The notes: generated by a model from the letters alone, not told the origin. A stretch of DNA of 63,514 nucleotides, filler included, from Octopus bimaculoides (GCF_001194135.2; 5 parts of 4 records of this genome joined end to end with filler, not necessarily neighbours in it), one strand, 5' to 3'. Positions 38,848 through 51,140 are shown, counted from the first letter of the whole stretch. Program-made: numbers and translations.

Positions 38848-39180
38848 CAGGGGTTGGGCAAAATAATGGAAAACACCTTAAAATTTCAAACAAATATATT
38901 TTAATATGGGATAGGACCGCCTGTGGCAGTAATTACAGGTTGAATTATATGAGGTATGGACTCGTATAAAGTTTGAATTGTTTCCAAAGGAATTTTTGTC
39001 CATTTTCAGCTAAGACAATCTCCAGTTCTTGTAGTGATGATGTTGGAGGGTATCGACTCCTTTCTTGTTTTTCTAAAATGCACCATAAATGTTCAATATG
39101 ACTGAGATCTGAGGACTGTGATGGCCAGATATTCACTAGAATATTCCTCGTGCCATTCAGTAACAACTTTGGCTGTGTGA
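38848..39180 (-). mobile_element. Tc1-family transposon 3' end
   Basis: TA|CAGGGGTTGGGCAAAATAATGGAAAACACC TIR; WPSQSSDLSHIEHLWCILEKQERSRYPP fits the Tc1 WP.QSPDLN.IEHLW motif. Confidence 0.85.
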
Positions 39181-39525
39181 ATTGAAGGTGGGGTTGGAAA
39201 GGTGTCTGTCAGAGTGTATGCTCAAAAAAAAAAAAAAAAGATGGACGCACGTAGCACGTAAGCTGGGAGTGAAAGGCCCTGCGTGAGCACGACATAGAGA
39301 TTACCAAAGGTGTTGGTTGGAAAGGCAGGGCTCGTGGGATCGGAGCATATCTACCTTTTAAACCCCATTTTGTCTTTCATTGTATGTATGTTATTGTCTT
39401 TTGTGTCCCATTCAATGTTTTTCATTTTGTCATTATAAATTTTTTATACCATCTGTTGTATATGACCACCAGATCATATTGTATTGTCCCCTCTATGTGT
39501 GCCTGTAATAGGTAATAAAAATAAA
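39181..39525 (+). pseudogene. L1/Tx1-clade LINE extreme 3' end and UTR
   Basis: LKVGLERCLSE...KRWTHVARKLGVKGPA resembles the C-terminus of the element at 3760-4300; ends in AATAAAAATAAA. Confidence 0.5.
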
Positions 39526-39529
39526 GCAA

Positions 39530-40007
39530 TGCTAGCAATCCTTTGAAGAGGAGATTAATCGATGTAAATCGTTACTTTATTTTATCGGCTCTGATAGGAT
39601 GAAACGCAAAGCTGACCTTGGCAGGACTTGTAAGATTGAGAATATAAAGAGGCGGAGAAAATATTGCAAAGCAATTTTTTCTGACTCTCTGACTATTTTA
39701 TCAGCTCTTCGCTCTTGATTTCTGATTTTCGTGCCAGGCCCAGAATTCAAGGGGTTGTGATATAAATTACCAGTGTGTTATCTATTTTATCGATCTCGGA
39801 GAAATGAAAGGCTAAGTTGACTCCGGCGGGATTTGAACGTAAAACGTAAGAATCGAAGTAAAGAGTGGTGGTTAAGAAGTTTACTTTGCAACCACTTTGC
39901 GTCAGGTTCAATCCCACTGCATGACAAGTGTCTTCTATAATAGCCCCGGGCCAACTAACCGAAGTAATCAGTGAATTTAGTAGACGGAAACTGTGTATAA
40001 CCGTCGA
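39530..40007. mobile_element. Two degenerate SINE-C fragments (-) followed by a SINE-A head (+)
   Basis: TTTTATCGG..AGGATGAAACGCAAAGCTGACC and TTTTATCGATCTCGGAGAAATGAAAGGC blocks; A head GGTTCAATCCCACTGCATGACAAGTGTCTTC. Confidence 0.65.
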
Positions 40008-40009
40008 TT

Positions 40010-40013
<4 letters not shown>

Positions 40014-40093
<80 letters not shown>
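40014..40093 (+). repeat. (CT)n microsatellite
   Basis: Direct reading. Confidence 0.95.
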
Positions 40094-40098
<5 letters not shown>

Positions 40099-40619
40099 GT
40101 CTATATATATATATATATAACAACAATAACAGCAATATTTCAAGTATGGATACAGTGTTTTATGCGATGAGATCTAAGATTCTGTGGAATTTATGTTGTA
40201 CGCAAGATATAAAGTGCTTGTAAACGTGAATTCAAACCGGCTCATCGACTCTTCTTTCTCTCTACATTTACATTCGACTGCACGGTTGGCTAATTTTATA
40301 TTATTCATTTAGTTATTTTCGCCAACATCAGTGCTGTTCCTGTAGACTGATGATTAAAATGGTTCCAGCAGTGACCATCTATCTTTATTGTTTAAGCATA
40401 GTGAATTGCACTACGTTATCCAAAAAGACTTTCAAAGACGGATACAAGTGAATTCAGGGAGAATGGCTGCTATTTCTAGCAGGACGTCCAATTAAGCAGT
40501 CACTCCCACGTTGAGCCGTAGCACATCGCTCGTTCGTTTGTATAGCGTTGAATGAGCCGTTGTTATTGCTGTTTTTGTTGTTAATGTTGTTGTGACTGCT
40601 GTTGCTGTTGAGATGCTGT

Positions 40620-41215
40620 TTTTGTTGCTATTTATATCCACGTCAACTCTGATGGTGCAGGTCTATGATCAAGTAAAATACAGTCGTGGCCATCACACCT
40701 TTGCTGTAATTGTTCGAACTAGACTATATTATTTAGTGGAGGCGCAATGGCCCAGCGGTTAGGGCAGCGGACTCGCGGTCATAGGATCGTGGTTTCGATT
40801 CCCAGACCGGGCGTTGTGAGTGTTTATTGAGCGAAAACACCTAAAGTTCCACGAGGCTCCGGCAGGGGATGGTGGCGAACCCTGCTGTACTCTCTAACCA
40901 CAACTTTCTCTCCCTCTTACTTCCTGTTTCTGTTGTGCCTGTAATTCAAAGAGTCAGCCTTGTCATACTGTGTCACGCTGATTATCCCCGAGAAATACGT
41001 TAAGGGTACACGTATCTGTGGAGTGCTCAGCCACTTGCACGTTAATTTCACGAGCAGGCTGTTCCGTTGATCGGATCAACTGGAACCCTTGACGTCGTTA
41101 GCAACGGAGTGCCAACAACAGACTATATTATCTAATGTACCGTACCCTCTTCTATATTTTTGTGATTTGAGGAAGCTTCTGGAGCTCTTACTAGCCATTC
41201 ATTCGACCAGGTAGA
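40620..41215 (-). mobile_element. SINE family E (interrupted); related fragments near 7370, 18465, 38400, 40325, 55795
   Basis: Shared plus-strand block (GTC/AG)ACCTATGATCAA..ATTCCAGC.GTGACCATC ... GACTA(C/T)ATTATC.AA ... GCT..TATTTCTAGC. Confidence 0.55.
40736..41119 (+). mobile_element. Full-length tRNA-derived SINE (~385 bp) with target-site duplication, nested in a family-E SINE
   Basis: GTGGAGGCGCAATGGCCCAGCGGTTAGGG / GGTTTCGATTCCC boxes, (CAA)n tail, AGACTATATTAT duplicated at 40721-40732 and 41120-41131; a 3' fragment of the same family lies at 47304-47362 (-). Confidence 0.9.
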
Positions 41216-41935
41216 TGCTCCTTTCATTAGCTCGGCTAATAATGAATTATTTCCTCAGGTAAAGTTTCAAAACCTCCAGAATCTACAAATTTATTCCCGT
41301 TCCCCAGCGGACACTAAAAATACCAAAATTTCAGTTTTTAATCAGCCAACAGTTGTCGAGTTAGAAAATTATTTGTCTTTTTTGAAATTCTGCTGATTAT
41401 ATTCCAACTATATTATTTTGTTTGTTTCTTCAATAAAAAAAAACAAAATATCAGCAAAATTCAAATAAATATTGGCAGCTAACTAATGCAGTCATGCATA
41501 AGAGATTAGTTGATGTCTCTGTAGAATTTACTAATCTTGATGTCGTTCTCTGGTGAAAAATTTTGCAGGAACTTTTTAGCCCTCGGGGCAGCACTAATAA
41601 TCTACGGATGTTGGGATTGAACTTGGTGAGAGAATATTTACCTGGTTGGAAGTTAAAGCACTAAATATTGTTGAAATTATTTAGCATGCATATAATTAAC
41701 TTTAATAGATACATTATATGTTAGACCGAGTTCAAGAAATTTAGAGGTTCTGACATACATTCATACACGTACACACTTATACACACATGCATACACACAC
41801 ACCTAAACATGGGCACATTCAAATAATGATACATATGCGCATACATAAATATGCAATCACATTCACAACAAACATGAACAAAGATGTATATGCATACGCG
41901 ATTTTACAAATACATTTGTTCCACTCCGCTTGAAG

Positions 41936-41979
41936 ATTGCTGCCCCGTTGATAACAGAGGGAACAGTACCAGAGTAATG
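41936..41979 (+). CDS. Candidate 44-nt exon (xCCPVDNRGNSTRVM)
   Basis: Pyrimidine tract plus gaAG acceptor, ATG|GTAAGG donor; phase-compatible with the TGHNSTWPLY reading of 37567-37598. Confidence 0.3.
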
Positions 41980-41999
41980 GTAAGGGACTAGTGTTTTAG

Positions 42000-42055
<56 letters not shown>

Positions 42056-42065
42056 NNNNNNNNNN

Positions 42066-42466
42066 GGTAAGTAGCTTGCTTACCAACCACATGGTTCCGG
42101 GTTCATTCCCACTGCGTGGCACCTTGGGCAAGTGTCTTCTACTGTAGCCTCGGGCCGACCAAAGCCTTGTGAGTGGACTTGGTAGACGGAAACTGAAAGA
42201 AGCCCGTCGTTTATATGTATATATATGTATTTATGTGTGTGTGTATATGTTTGTGTGTCTGTGTTTGTCCCCCCCCCCAGCATCGCTTGACAACTGATGC
42301 TGGTGCGTTTACACCCCCGTAACCTAGCGGTTCGGCAAAAGAGACCGATAGAATAAGCACTAGGGTTACAAAGAATAAGTCCTGGAGTCGATTTGTTCGA
42401 CTAAAAAGGCGGTGCTCCAGCATGGCCGCAGTCCAATGACTGAAACAAGTAAAAGAGTAAAAGAGT
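42066..42466 (+). mobile_element. SINE family A, least diverged copy
   Basis: Intact head, short internal TA/TG tract, intact tail ending (AAAGAGT)2; CpGs retained. Confidence 0.9.
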
Positions 42467-42507
42467 ATATACATATGCACACAAGCATGTATACATGTAT
42501 GTATATG

Positions 42508-42541
<34 letters not shown>

Positions 42542-43031
42542 CGCATAAGCACGATGGAAGCATGGTTAACAATACGAAGTGAAAGGTTTGATTTTACAGT
42601 GCTTGACTCTTGGCAAGTGTCTCATTACCATAGTTTCGAAACGAACCATGCTTTGTGTGTGAAATTTGGTAAACAGAAACTTCGCGGAAGCCCGTCGGAT
42701 AGACTACCCGTATAATTCGAAGCTACGGGCTGTGTCACATTCTGTTTCATGCTGATTGTATTATTTGAGAACAACATGTAAATTACTCTTGTCTGAGGAA
42801 TCCTCAGCCACCCGAACGGCAATGTAAATACAAATAGTTCGGGTGAACGAACAATTGAATGTTCATAGTCAAAACGAACGGAGGGATCCATCACAATGAG
42901 AAAACTTTATATTTATATATCAAGGTCAATATTTGAAAACATATACTGTGTTTATTAAAAACAATATTTATCTCTCATGAGATGGAGTACTTTTTTTGTT
43001 GATCTTACCACCACAGAATAGTACACTGTAT

Positions 43032-43398
43032 GGAAGCTTGCCTCCCAACCACATGGTTCCATGTCCAGTCTCACAGCATGGAAACTTGGGCAAGCGTCTT
43101 CTACTATAGCCTCGGGCCGACCAAAAACCTGTGACTTGATTTGGTTGACGGAAACTAAAAGAAGCCCGACGTATTTAAGTGTGTCTTTGCATCTGTGTTT
43201 GTCTCCTCACCATCGCTTGACAACCGATGTTGATGTATTTACGTCACCGTAACTTAGCGGTTCGGCAAAAAACCCGAATAAGTAGTAGGCTTACAAAGAA
43301 TAAGTCCTGGAGACGATTTCTTCGACTAAAGCACTTTAAAGTGGTACTCCAGCATGGTTGCAGTCAAATGACTCAAACAAGTAAACGAATAAAAGAAT
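43032..43398 (+). mobile_element. SINE family A (a further A head lies at ~42550-42708)
   Basis: Colinear with the 42066 copy; internal microsatellite nearly absent. Confidence 0.85.
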
Positions 43399-43404
43399 AT
43401 AAAC

Positions 43405-44251
43405 TATGCAAAAATGAAAATAACACTGACATCTCATTTTAACAGATATATTTACCAAAATTACACAAAAAAGTCTTGAAATGTTAAAGAGTAAATTTAT
43501 TCGATAAAATCGCCATTGGCTTCAACTATGGGCTCCAGACATCTTCGGTATCTCCTGCAATTCTTCTGGACGGTCTCTTTGTTTAGGTTGGTGAATGCCG
43601 CCATAATCCTTGCCTTCAGTTCATCTTTGGTGTTACAAGAAGTTTTGTCGGTCTCTCACCCAACTGCGCCCCACATATAATAATCAAGGGGGTTATAGTC
43701 TAAGGAGTTAGTTGGCCAAATGTTAGGGGTGATGTGGCCGCAGAAATCGTCTGACAGCCATGACTGGGTTTTCCTGCTTGTGTGGCATGATGCAGCGTCC
43801 TGTCGCCAGACATAGGGTCTTCCAGCAGCCACCCTCTTGGCCCAGGGCAACACTGCCTCCACTAGGCACTTGATGTAGGTATCCCATGTTGAGTCTGAGG
43901 CTGTGTGGGAAGAGGAATAGAAGTATAACATTACCATCACTAGTGATCACTCCAGACACCATGACGTTGACAGGATGTTTGACTTTTATCACTCGCGGTA
44001 CATGTCTTTAGATTGCACTGAACTCAGAATGACACTCTAAAATGTTCGTATTGGAGCTTCCGGCGCGAAAGTCAAGCAGTATAGCATGTCGTTTCCAAAT
44101 TTCTGGCACAGTGAATTGCATCATGGTGCTACTTTTCTCACAGACGGTGCCCAACCGATCCTACTATACTGTGTAGTAGACGAAATCAAAAACAAAGTGC
44201 ATGTGCAAAAGTGAAAGTATAAACTGGCAGCAATTTACCCATCACACTCTG
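43405..44251 (-). mobile_element. Tc1/mariner DD37D (maT-type) element, internally deleted
   Basis: TA|CAGAGTGTGATGGGTAAATTG terminus; N-terminal MMQFTVPEIWKRHAILL; catalytic WRQD-AASCHTSRKTQSWLSDDFCGHITPNIWPTNSLDYNPL-D has 37 residues between the last two Asp. Confidence 0.85.
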
Positions 44252-45231
44252 TATATACATACATACATACATACACACATACACATACACACATATATAT
44301 ATACACGAGTGTGTGTGTATGTACTTCGATATATAGAGGTACATACAAATATACATATACATACAAATATATATATATGTATATATATATATATANNNNN
44401 NNNNNNNNNNNNNNNNNNNNNNNNNNNNNNNNNNNNNNNNNNNNNNNNNNNNNNNNNNNNNNNNNNNNNNNNNNNNNNNNNNNNNNNNNNNNNNNNNNNN
44501 NNNNNNNNNNNNNNNNNNNNNNNNNNNNNNNNNNNNNNNNNNNNNNNNNNNNNNNNNNNNNNNNNNNNNNNNNNNNNNNNNNNNNNNNNNNNNNNNNNNN
44601 NNNNNNNNNNNNNNNNNNNNNNNNNNNNNNNNNNNNNNNNNNNNNNNNNNNNNNNNNNNNNNNNNNNNNNNNNNNNNNNNNNNNNNNNNNNNNNNNNNNN
44701 NNNNNNNNNNNNNNNNNNNNNNNNNNNNNNNNNNNNNNNNNNNNNNNATATATATATATATATATATATGTAGGCATGTATGTATATCTATATATACGTG
44801 TGTCTGTGTGTGTACATATGTACATGTGTGTGAGTGAGTATGTGTACGTATGTGTGGGCATGTACTTCTAGAGAACGTGCGTGATCAAAACTATTGAAGT
44901 TCCAAGGTCGACGTTATGAATAATGCTACGTAACACAAATGATAACCACACAGACTCTCATACACACACATAAACACACACGAACACACACACACACACA
45001 CACCCATATGTATAAAAATACACAGTTTGGCTTAGTGCCCCCACAGTTTCTGTGAGCTAGAACTGATTAAACTGTATAAGAGAGATAAAGAGTTTTATTT
45101 TCTTCAGTCAAACAGTTGACTTAATTCTACAGAAACTGAGTTTCAATGTCTTATGTCTGTTATCATAATAACCTTTGCATGAAATTATTTATACACACAA
45201 GCACATAATATAAATTATGTATATCGAAGTG

Positions 45232-45285
<54 letters not shown>

Positions 45286-45324
45286 TGTGTGTGTGTGTGT
45301 AAGTGTGCGCGCCTGTGTGTGAGT

Positions 45325-45356
<32 letters not shown>

Positions 45357-46392
45357 ANNNNNNNNNNNNNNNNNNNNNNNNNNNNNNNNNNNNNNNNNNN
45401 NNNNNNNNNNNNNNNNNNNNNNNNNNNNNNNNNNNNNNNNNNNNNNNNNNNNNNNNNNNNNNNNNNNNNNNNNNNNNNNNNNNNNNNNNNNNNNNNNNNN
45501 NNNNNNNNNNNNNNNNNNNNNNNNNNNNNNNNNNNNNNNNNNNNNNNNNNNNNNNNNNNNNNNNNNNNNNNNNNNNNNNNNNNNNNNNNNNNNNNNNNNN
45601 NNNNNNNNNNNNNNNNNNNNNNNNNNNNNNNNNNNNNNNNNNNNNNNNNNNNNNNNNNNNNNNNNNNNNNNNNNNNNNNNNNNNNNNNNNNNNNNNNNNN
45701 NNNNNNNNNNNNNNNNNNNNNNNNNNNNNNNNNNNNNNNNNNNNNNNNNNNNNNNNNNNNNNNNNNNNNNNNNNNNNNNNNNNNTATATATATATATATT
45801 TATGTATGTATGTATGTATGTATGTATGTATGTATGTGCGTGCGTGTGTGTGTGTGTGTTAACCTGCGCATGCAAGATTTCGTGTTGCAAAGATATTCTT
45901 GCACATCCTATGTCATTCCCATGGCGTTCAGAATCTTTATACTGGTTCTCCAGTAACAGTGGCAGCTCCTCCTACTGTACTATATGTCCATGAGTTTTTT
46001 TGTTCTCTTGAACCTTCAAGTACGCTTTCTACCTACTCCTCCATAGAGTATTTTAGCAATGTTTACATCAGATATCATTTGCGACACTAATCCAAGATTC
46101 GTGGTTCGTTTTACTCTTTGCATTAGAATTCTCAGAAACCATGTAAAAGGGTGTTCTGCTACTGTTTCTCTTCCAATTAAGGCAATGATAGGTGCTAGAA
46201 ACATTATACTGGCTAGCACCGACTCACCATTAAAATAGGATTGTTGGTAAATCTCAAATACTTTTAACGATTTTAGCGTTTTAACGTGAGATGTAAAAAC
46301 AAAAGCGTAGTTAATTCTAAAGTGTCACGTGATAATATTTAAGAGATCGCTCACATACACATGCACGCACAAATACATATACATACACACAT

Positions 46393-46535
46393 GTGGCAGA
46401 GTAGTGAGGAATTTGATTCCCAGTCACATGGTTCCAGTGCCACTGCATTGCACTTTGAGTGCCTCTTACTATAGCTTCGGTTAGACTGAAGCATTGTGAG
46501 AGGAATTGGCAGATGGAAACGGTAAGAAACCTGTC

Positions 46536-46581
<46 letters not shown>

Positions 46582-46806
46582 GCGTGTGTGTATGCACGTG
46601 TGTTTGTGTGTATGTGTTTCTGTGTTTGCCCTACACCATAGCTTGACAACAGGTGTAGGTATGTTTACGTTTCCGAAATTTAGTGTTTTGCCCAAAGAAA
46701 CCGATAGAATAAGTAACAAGCTTTAAGAAAGTTAACATTGGAATCATTTCATTCGACTAAAACTTCTTCGAAACAGTGTCCCAGCATGGCTGAAGTCTAT
46801 TGACTG
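46393..46806 (+). mobile_element. SINE family A, diverged, long internal (TG)n
   Basis: Head, (TG)n and tail colinear with the other A copies. Confidence 0.8.
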
Positions 46807-46974
46807 TGTTGGGGTGGAGTAGGTATACACACACAGTATACTCACACATAAAGGTTTGGCAACCAGCTTGGTAAATGTCAATACACGAAACTATTTGTCC
46901 TCGAGTCACTTTGTAATTTCTAGCAATTAAATAAATACGTGTGTCTATGTGTGTGCATATGTGCGCGTGTGTGT

Positions 46975-47712
46975 ATTCTAATTTAGACCCAAATCCTGCA
47001 CTTTTGAGGAGAATTATCGAATTTTGAAGAGATCACATCGATTTCACTGGTATTTTATTTTATCGACCTCAGAGAGATGTACGACAGTGCTGAGATCGGC
47101 AAGATACGCACTCAGAATTCAGCTCATAAAGAACTAGAAGAAATGGTGCAAGGCTCTTTATTCGGCTCTCTAACGATTCTTATTTCGTTATTGCCCACAA
47201 GGGGCTAAACATAGAGGGGACAAACAAGGACACACAGAGGGATTAAGTCGATTTTTTTCTAACGATTCTGCTAGTCTATCGCCTGGTGTTATATATATAT
47301 TTATTGGCACTCCGTCGGTTACGACGAGGGTCCCAATTGATCCAGTCAACAGAACAGGATGCAAGTAAAATTAACTATAACCTTGGGCCGAACAAAGTCT
47401 TGTGAGTGGATTTGGTAACCGGAAACTGAAAGAAGCCCGTCGTATATACATATATAATGTGTATGTCTATATCTATGTGTATGTGTGTGTGTGTCTTAAT
47501 GTCTGTGTTTATCACTAACCACCATTTGACGACTGGTGTTGGTGTGTTTACGTCCCCGTAACTTAACGGTTCGGCAAAGAGAGACCGATAGAATAAGTAC
47601 CAGGCTTTAAAAAAGATATTCTGAAGTTGATTTTTCGACTAACATCCTTTAAGGCGGTGCTCCAGTATGGCAGCAGTCAAATGACTGAAAGAAGTAAAAG
47701 AATAAAAGAATA
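46975..47712. mobile_element. Patchwork of SINE-C fragments (-), the 3' end of the 40736-type SINE (-) and a 5'-truncated SINE-A (+, 47378-47712)
   Basis: Blocks recognised by within-window alignment. Confidence 0.7.
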
Positions 47713-48039
47713 CTTCTAAATGCGATATAAGACTATATACGACTAAGTGGACAAGATATTGGATTGCAACCTCACAGGTCTTGAGTTCAAGGTCTCTATC
47801 GGTGTTTGGGTTTATTACGTTACAATGAATTCTTCTTACCTTTGGCTGCCTGCCCAGCTGTTGTAGATACGTGACGTGAAGAATCGTCGATGGATTTTCT
47901 TAGATAAGTAGGCTGCCATAAGCGTATATACTCATCACGCCGGGCCTTATACCCAGTTTTCATTCGCAAATGTAACTGAGATTACAATGCTATCAACCTT
48001 TGTAAGGCAGGCCTGTTGGTTGAAAATGTTGCCGGTACT

Positions 48040-48183
48040 TATTTTTAGCAGAGTAAAAATAGAATAATATGAAAGGAAGTATCTTTGCTCAAGAACACAA
48101 CACCCCGGTCGGTCTGAGAATCGAAACAACGACCGTACGATCGCGAGACCAATATCTTTAACCACTTAGCTACGCACCTTCAC
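48040..48183 (-). mobile_element. SINE family B head and CORE-like block
   Basis: Reverse complement: GTGAAGGTGCGTAGCTAAGTGGTTAAAG...GTTTCGATTCTC...GTGTTCTTGAGCAAAGATACTT. Confidence 0.75.
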
Positions 48184-48677
48184 ACAATGAGTATTATCAA
48201 CTCATAAAATGGCGCCCCATCAAGGAGAAAGATGTAACAGTTACTCATTTAACATACTAAGAAACCATAAATAAGAACCGATATTTATTAGAGCGCTTTG
48301 GAGCTCTTCAAGGGTGTGGTATTTACTTAATAAAATCGAGTTTAGGAATCAGGTTTCACAGGTTACTGAGTATGGATTGGCTCATTTAATCTTTGGAATA
48401 CTGTCAATGAATGAATATCAGTATTCTGAATGATTGTAAGAAACAAGAGTTATCTGCATATATACATGTAAATACTTATCTTGCAGAAACTATGTACACA
48501 TATCTTGAAATCAACGGACTCATTCACAATCATGTGTTTGTTTAGGCGGCAAAAACCTCGACATACAAGAAAATCAGCATCTAATTCGCCTTTTATCTAT
48601 CACTATATCTATTTACTTAGGCAGAACATACTTGCACTTATCTGAAAGGCATGTTCGACTGTGTATATATATGTATA

Positions 48678-48708
<31 letters not shown>

Positions 48709-48718
48709 NNNNNNNNNN

Positions 48719-48756
<38 letters not shown>

Positions 48757-49276
48757 AACACACACAGAAACACGTATATGTATGTATTTAAACATAAACA
48801 CATGCATGTATGCAGCATACTTATGACCACGTAAACACGCACATATATCTTCTATGTGTAACATATATAAATACATAGACACATAGATGCATTAGATACA
48901 TATACATATACACGCATACACAGACACACACTTACACACACACACACACACATACACGCACACACACACACACACACGCACGCACACACTCACACACACA
49001 CACATATATATATATTTATGATAATTCAACATATAAAATTATCATAATAAATACAGAGGGGAAAATGCGTTTGCTGCATAGACATTTTGAAACATTATGA
49101 ATGAAAGTACACAAGTACACATACATCCCACACACACACGCACACACACGTACAGACACACAACATACACATGTATATATGCTCAAATACACATACACCC
49201 ACCCACAGATACATTTAATATGACTTCTGGAGATTGTTTCAGCGATTAATTTAAATTGAACGATATTTTGTGGTTC

Positions 49277-49339
<63 letters not shown>

Positions 49340-49809
49340 CATATATATATATATATGTATGTATGTATGTACATATATTTATTTATTTATCACAGCGTAT
49401 ATGTATCGGCTTGGGTAGACAGACGTATACATATGTAGTCATCTATATTTTTATTTATAATTATTCAAATCATTAACAACTAAATTTACTTGTATTTCGA
49501 TGAAAGAACTTGAAAATCTATGCCTCTCATATTTTCGATTTATTTTCTATGATTCGTGCATCTTGTGTAGAATTTCGGTTCTGTAGTAGCTTAGCTTTCA
49601 AACAGGGTGTGTTTATGTTTATCTGTCTGCATGGAAAGTATGCTTGCAATGAAGATGTTTACGATAGGGGTTTGGTCAAATATACACACATGAATCATGT
49701 ATAGACACAGATATACATACATATTTACATACATATGTGTGTGTATATATATAAATAGGTATGTATATATCAACATATATATATACATACATATATATAC
49801 AAGTATATG

Positions 49810-49852
<43 letters not shown>

Positions 49853-49981
49853 GTATATTATATATGTATATATATATATATGTGTGTGTACATACATATG
49901 TATAAATATATATATCCATGTATATATATACATATATAATATCCATATATATATATATATATCAACCCCACTATTTACTGA

Positions 49982-50043
<62 letters not shown>

Positions 50044-50241
50044 CATATATATATATTTGTATATATATATATGTGTGTGTATATAGGAAATTAAGATGTA
50101 TGATCCAAACTTTGTTTTGAGTATATCTCTAGCGGTGTGCCTTTAGATAGGGCGCGTTCATCACATACGGCTAGCAGGTGTCATTTGCGGTACTGCACTA
50201 CGTAAGGGATTTCTCAGCGCACGTTTATTATATTTTAAATA

Positions 50242-50519
50242 ATTGATAGAGAAGACAGTGTACTGTAAACTTTATTTAGCACTACGATCGTTTCATCTGA
50301 CTTCTGCGCTGTTCCCTAGTGGGTGGGGAAGGATATAATGGAATTGAATGCACTCCATAGTGCAGAAGAAACCTCATCAGGCTACATAAAAAGTTACAAT
50401 ACCTGGTGGGGTGCATTCGATTCAAGTATATCGTTCCGCACCCACTAGGGGGTAGTGCAGATGTAAACTGAAACGATCGTCGTGCTAAGCTTACAGTACA
50501 CACTGTCTTACCTATCAAT
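50242..50519. mobile_element. Fold-back/MITE-like element, ~115-bp inverted arms with ~49-bp spacer
   Basis: Arm 50242-50357 is the diverged reverse complement of 50407-50519 (ATTGATAG..AAGACAGTG..TACTGTAA..TTAGCAC.ACGATCGTTTCA...CCCTAGTGGGTG.GGAA.GATATA...GAATGCAC.CCA). Confidence 0.8.
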
Positions 50520-50632
50520 GTGAAATGAAATGTTTTGCTCAAGGACACAACGCGTTGCTCGGTCCAGGAATCGAAACCACAATCTTACGATCATGAATTT
50601 AACACCCAAACCACTAAGCCACGCACATCTAC
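50520..50632 (-). mobile_element. SINE family B head truncated at the fold-back element
   Basis: Reverse complement: GTGTGCGTGGCTTAGTGGTTTGG-like head, GGTTTCGATTCCTGGACCG, GTGTCCTTGAGCAAAACATTTCATTTCAC. Confidence 0.8.
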
Positions 50633-51064
50633 GAAGCTGTAGGGAAGGTAGAACTTCTATGAGAAAGACACTGCAGTCAAAACAGAGTATCACTCATCTT
50701 GCAATGCGTATGACTGGAACCGACAATGATGACTCTGAGAGCGATAGAAGTGTTGTACAACAGTTCACACTTAAATCCGAAGGTGCACAAATGTCTCACT
50801 ATCATTTCATTACTTGATATCGATTTTGTACTGTATAAAGTCCTATGGCAATGGATGCGTGCCGTGGAAATCGTATACGCGCATATTTAAGGACGAAATG
50901 AGACGAATAAAACTGAATGTGAGACGGCTATCGTTTGACTAGATAAGGCAATCATCAACATATGTATATATATATTTACCTATGCATAAAGCTATGTATA
51001 TATAAATGCACGTATATATGTATATATTTATATATGCATAAAGCTAAATATATACGTGCACGTA

Positions 51065-51140
<76 letters not shown>

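Noticed and set aside
45890-46219. 67-aa ORF, possibly an RTE LINE C-terminus or a host exon
   Set aside because: Only faint resemblance (IAKILYGGVGRKR..MD); neither interpretation is supportable.
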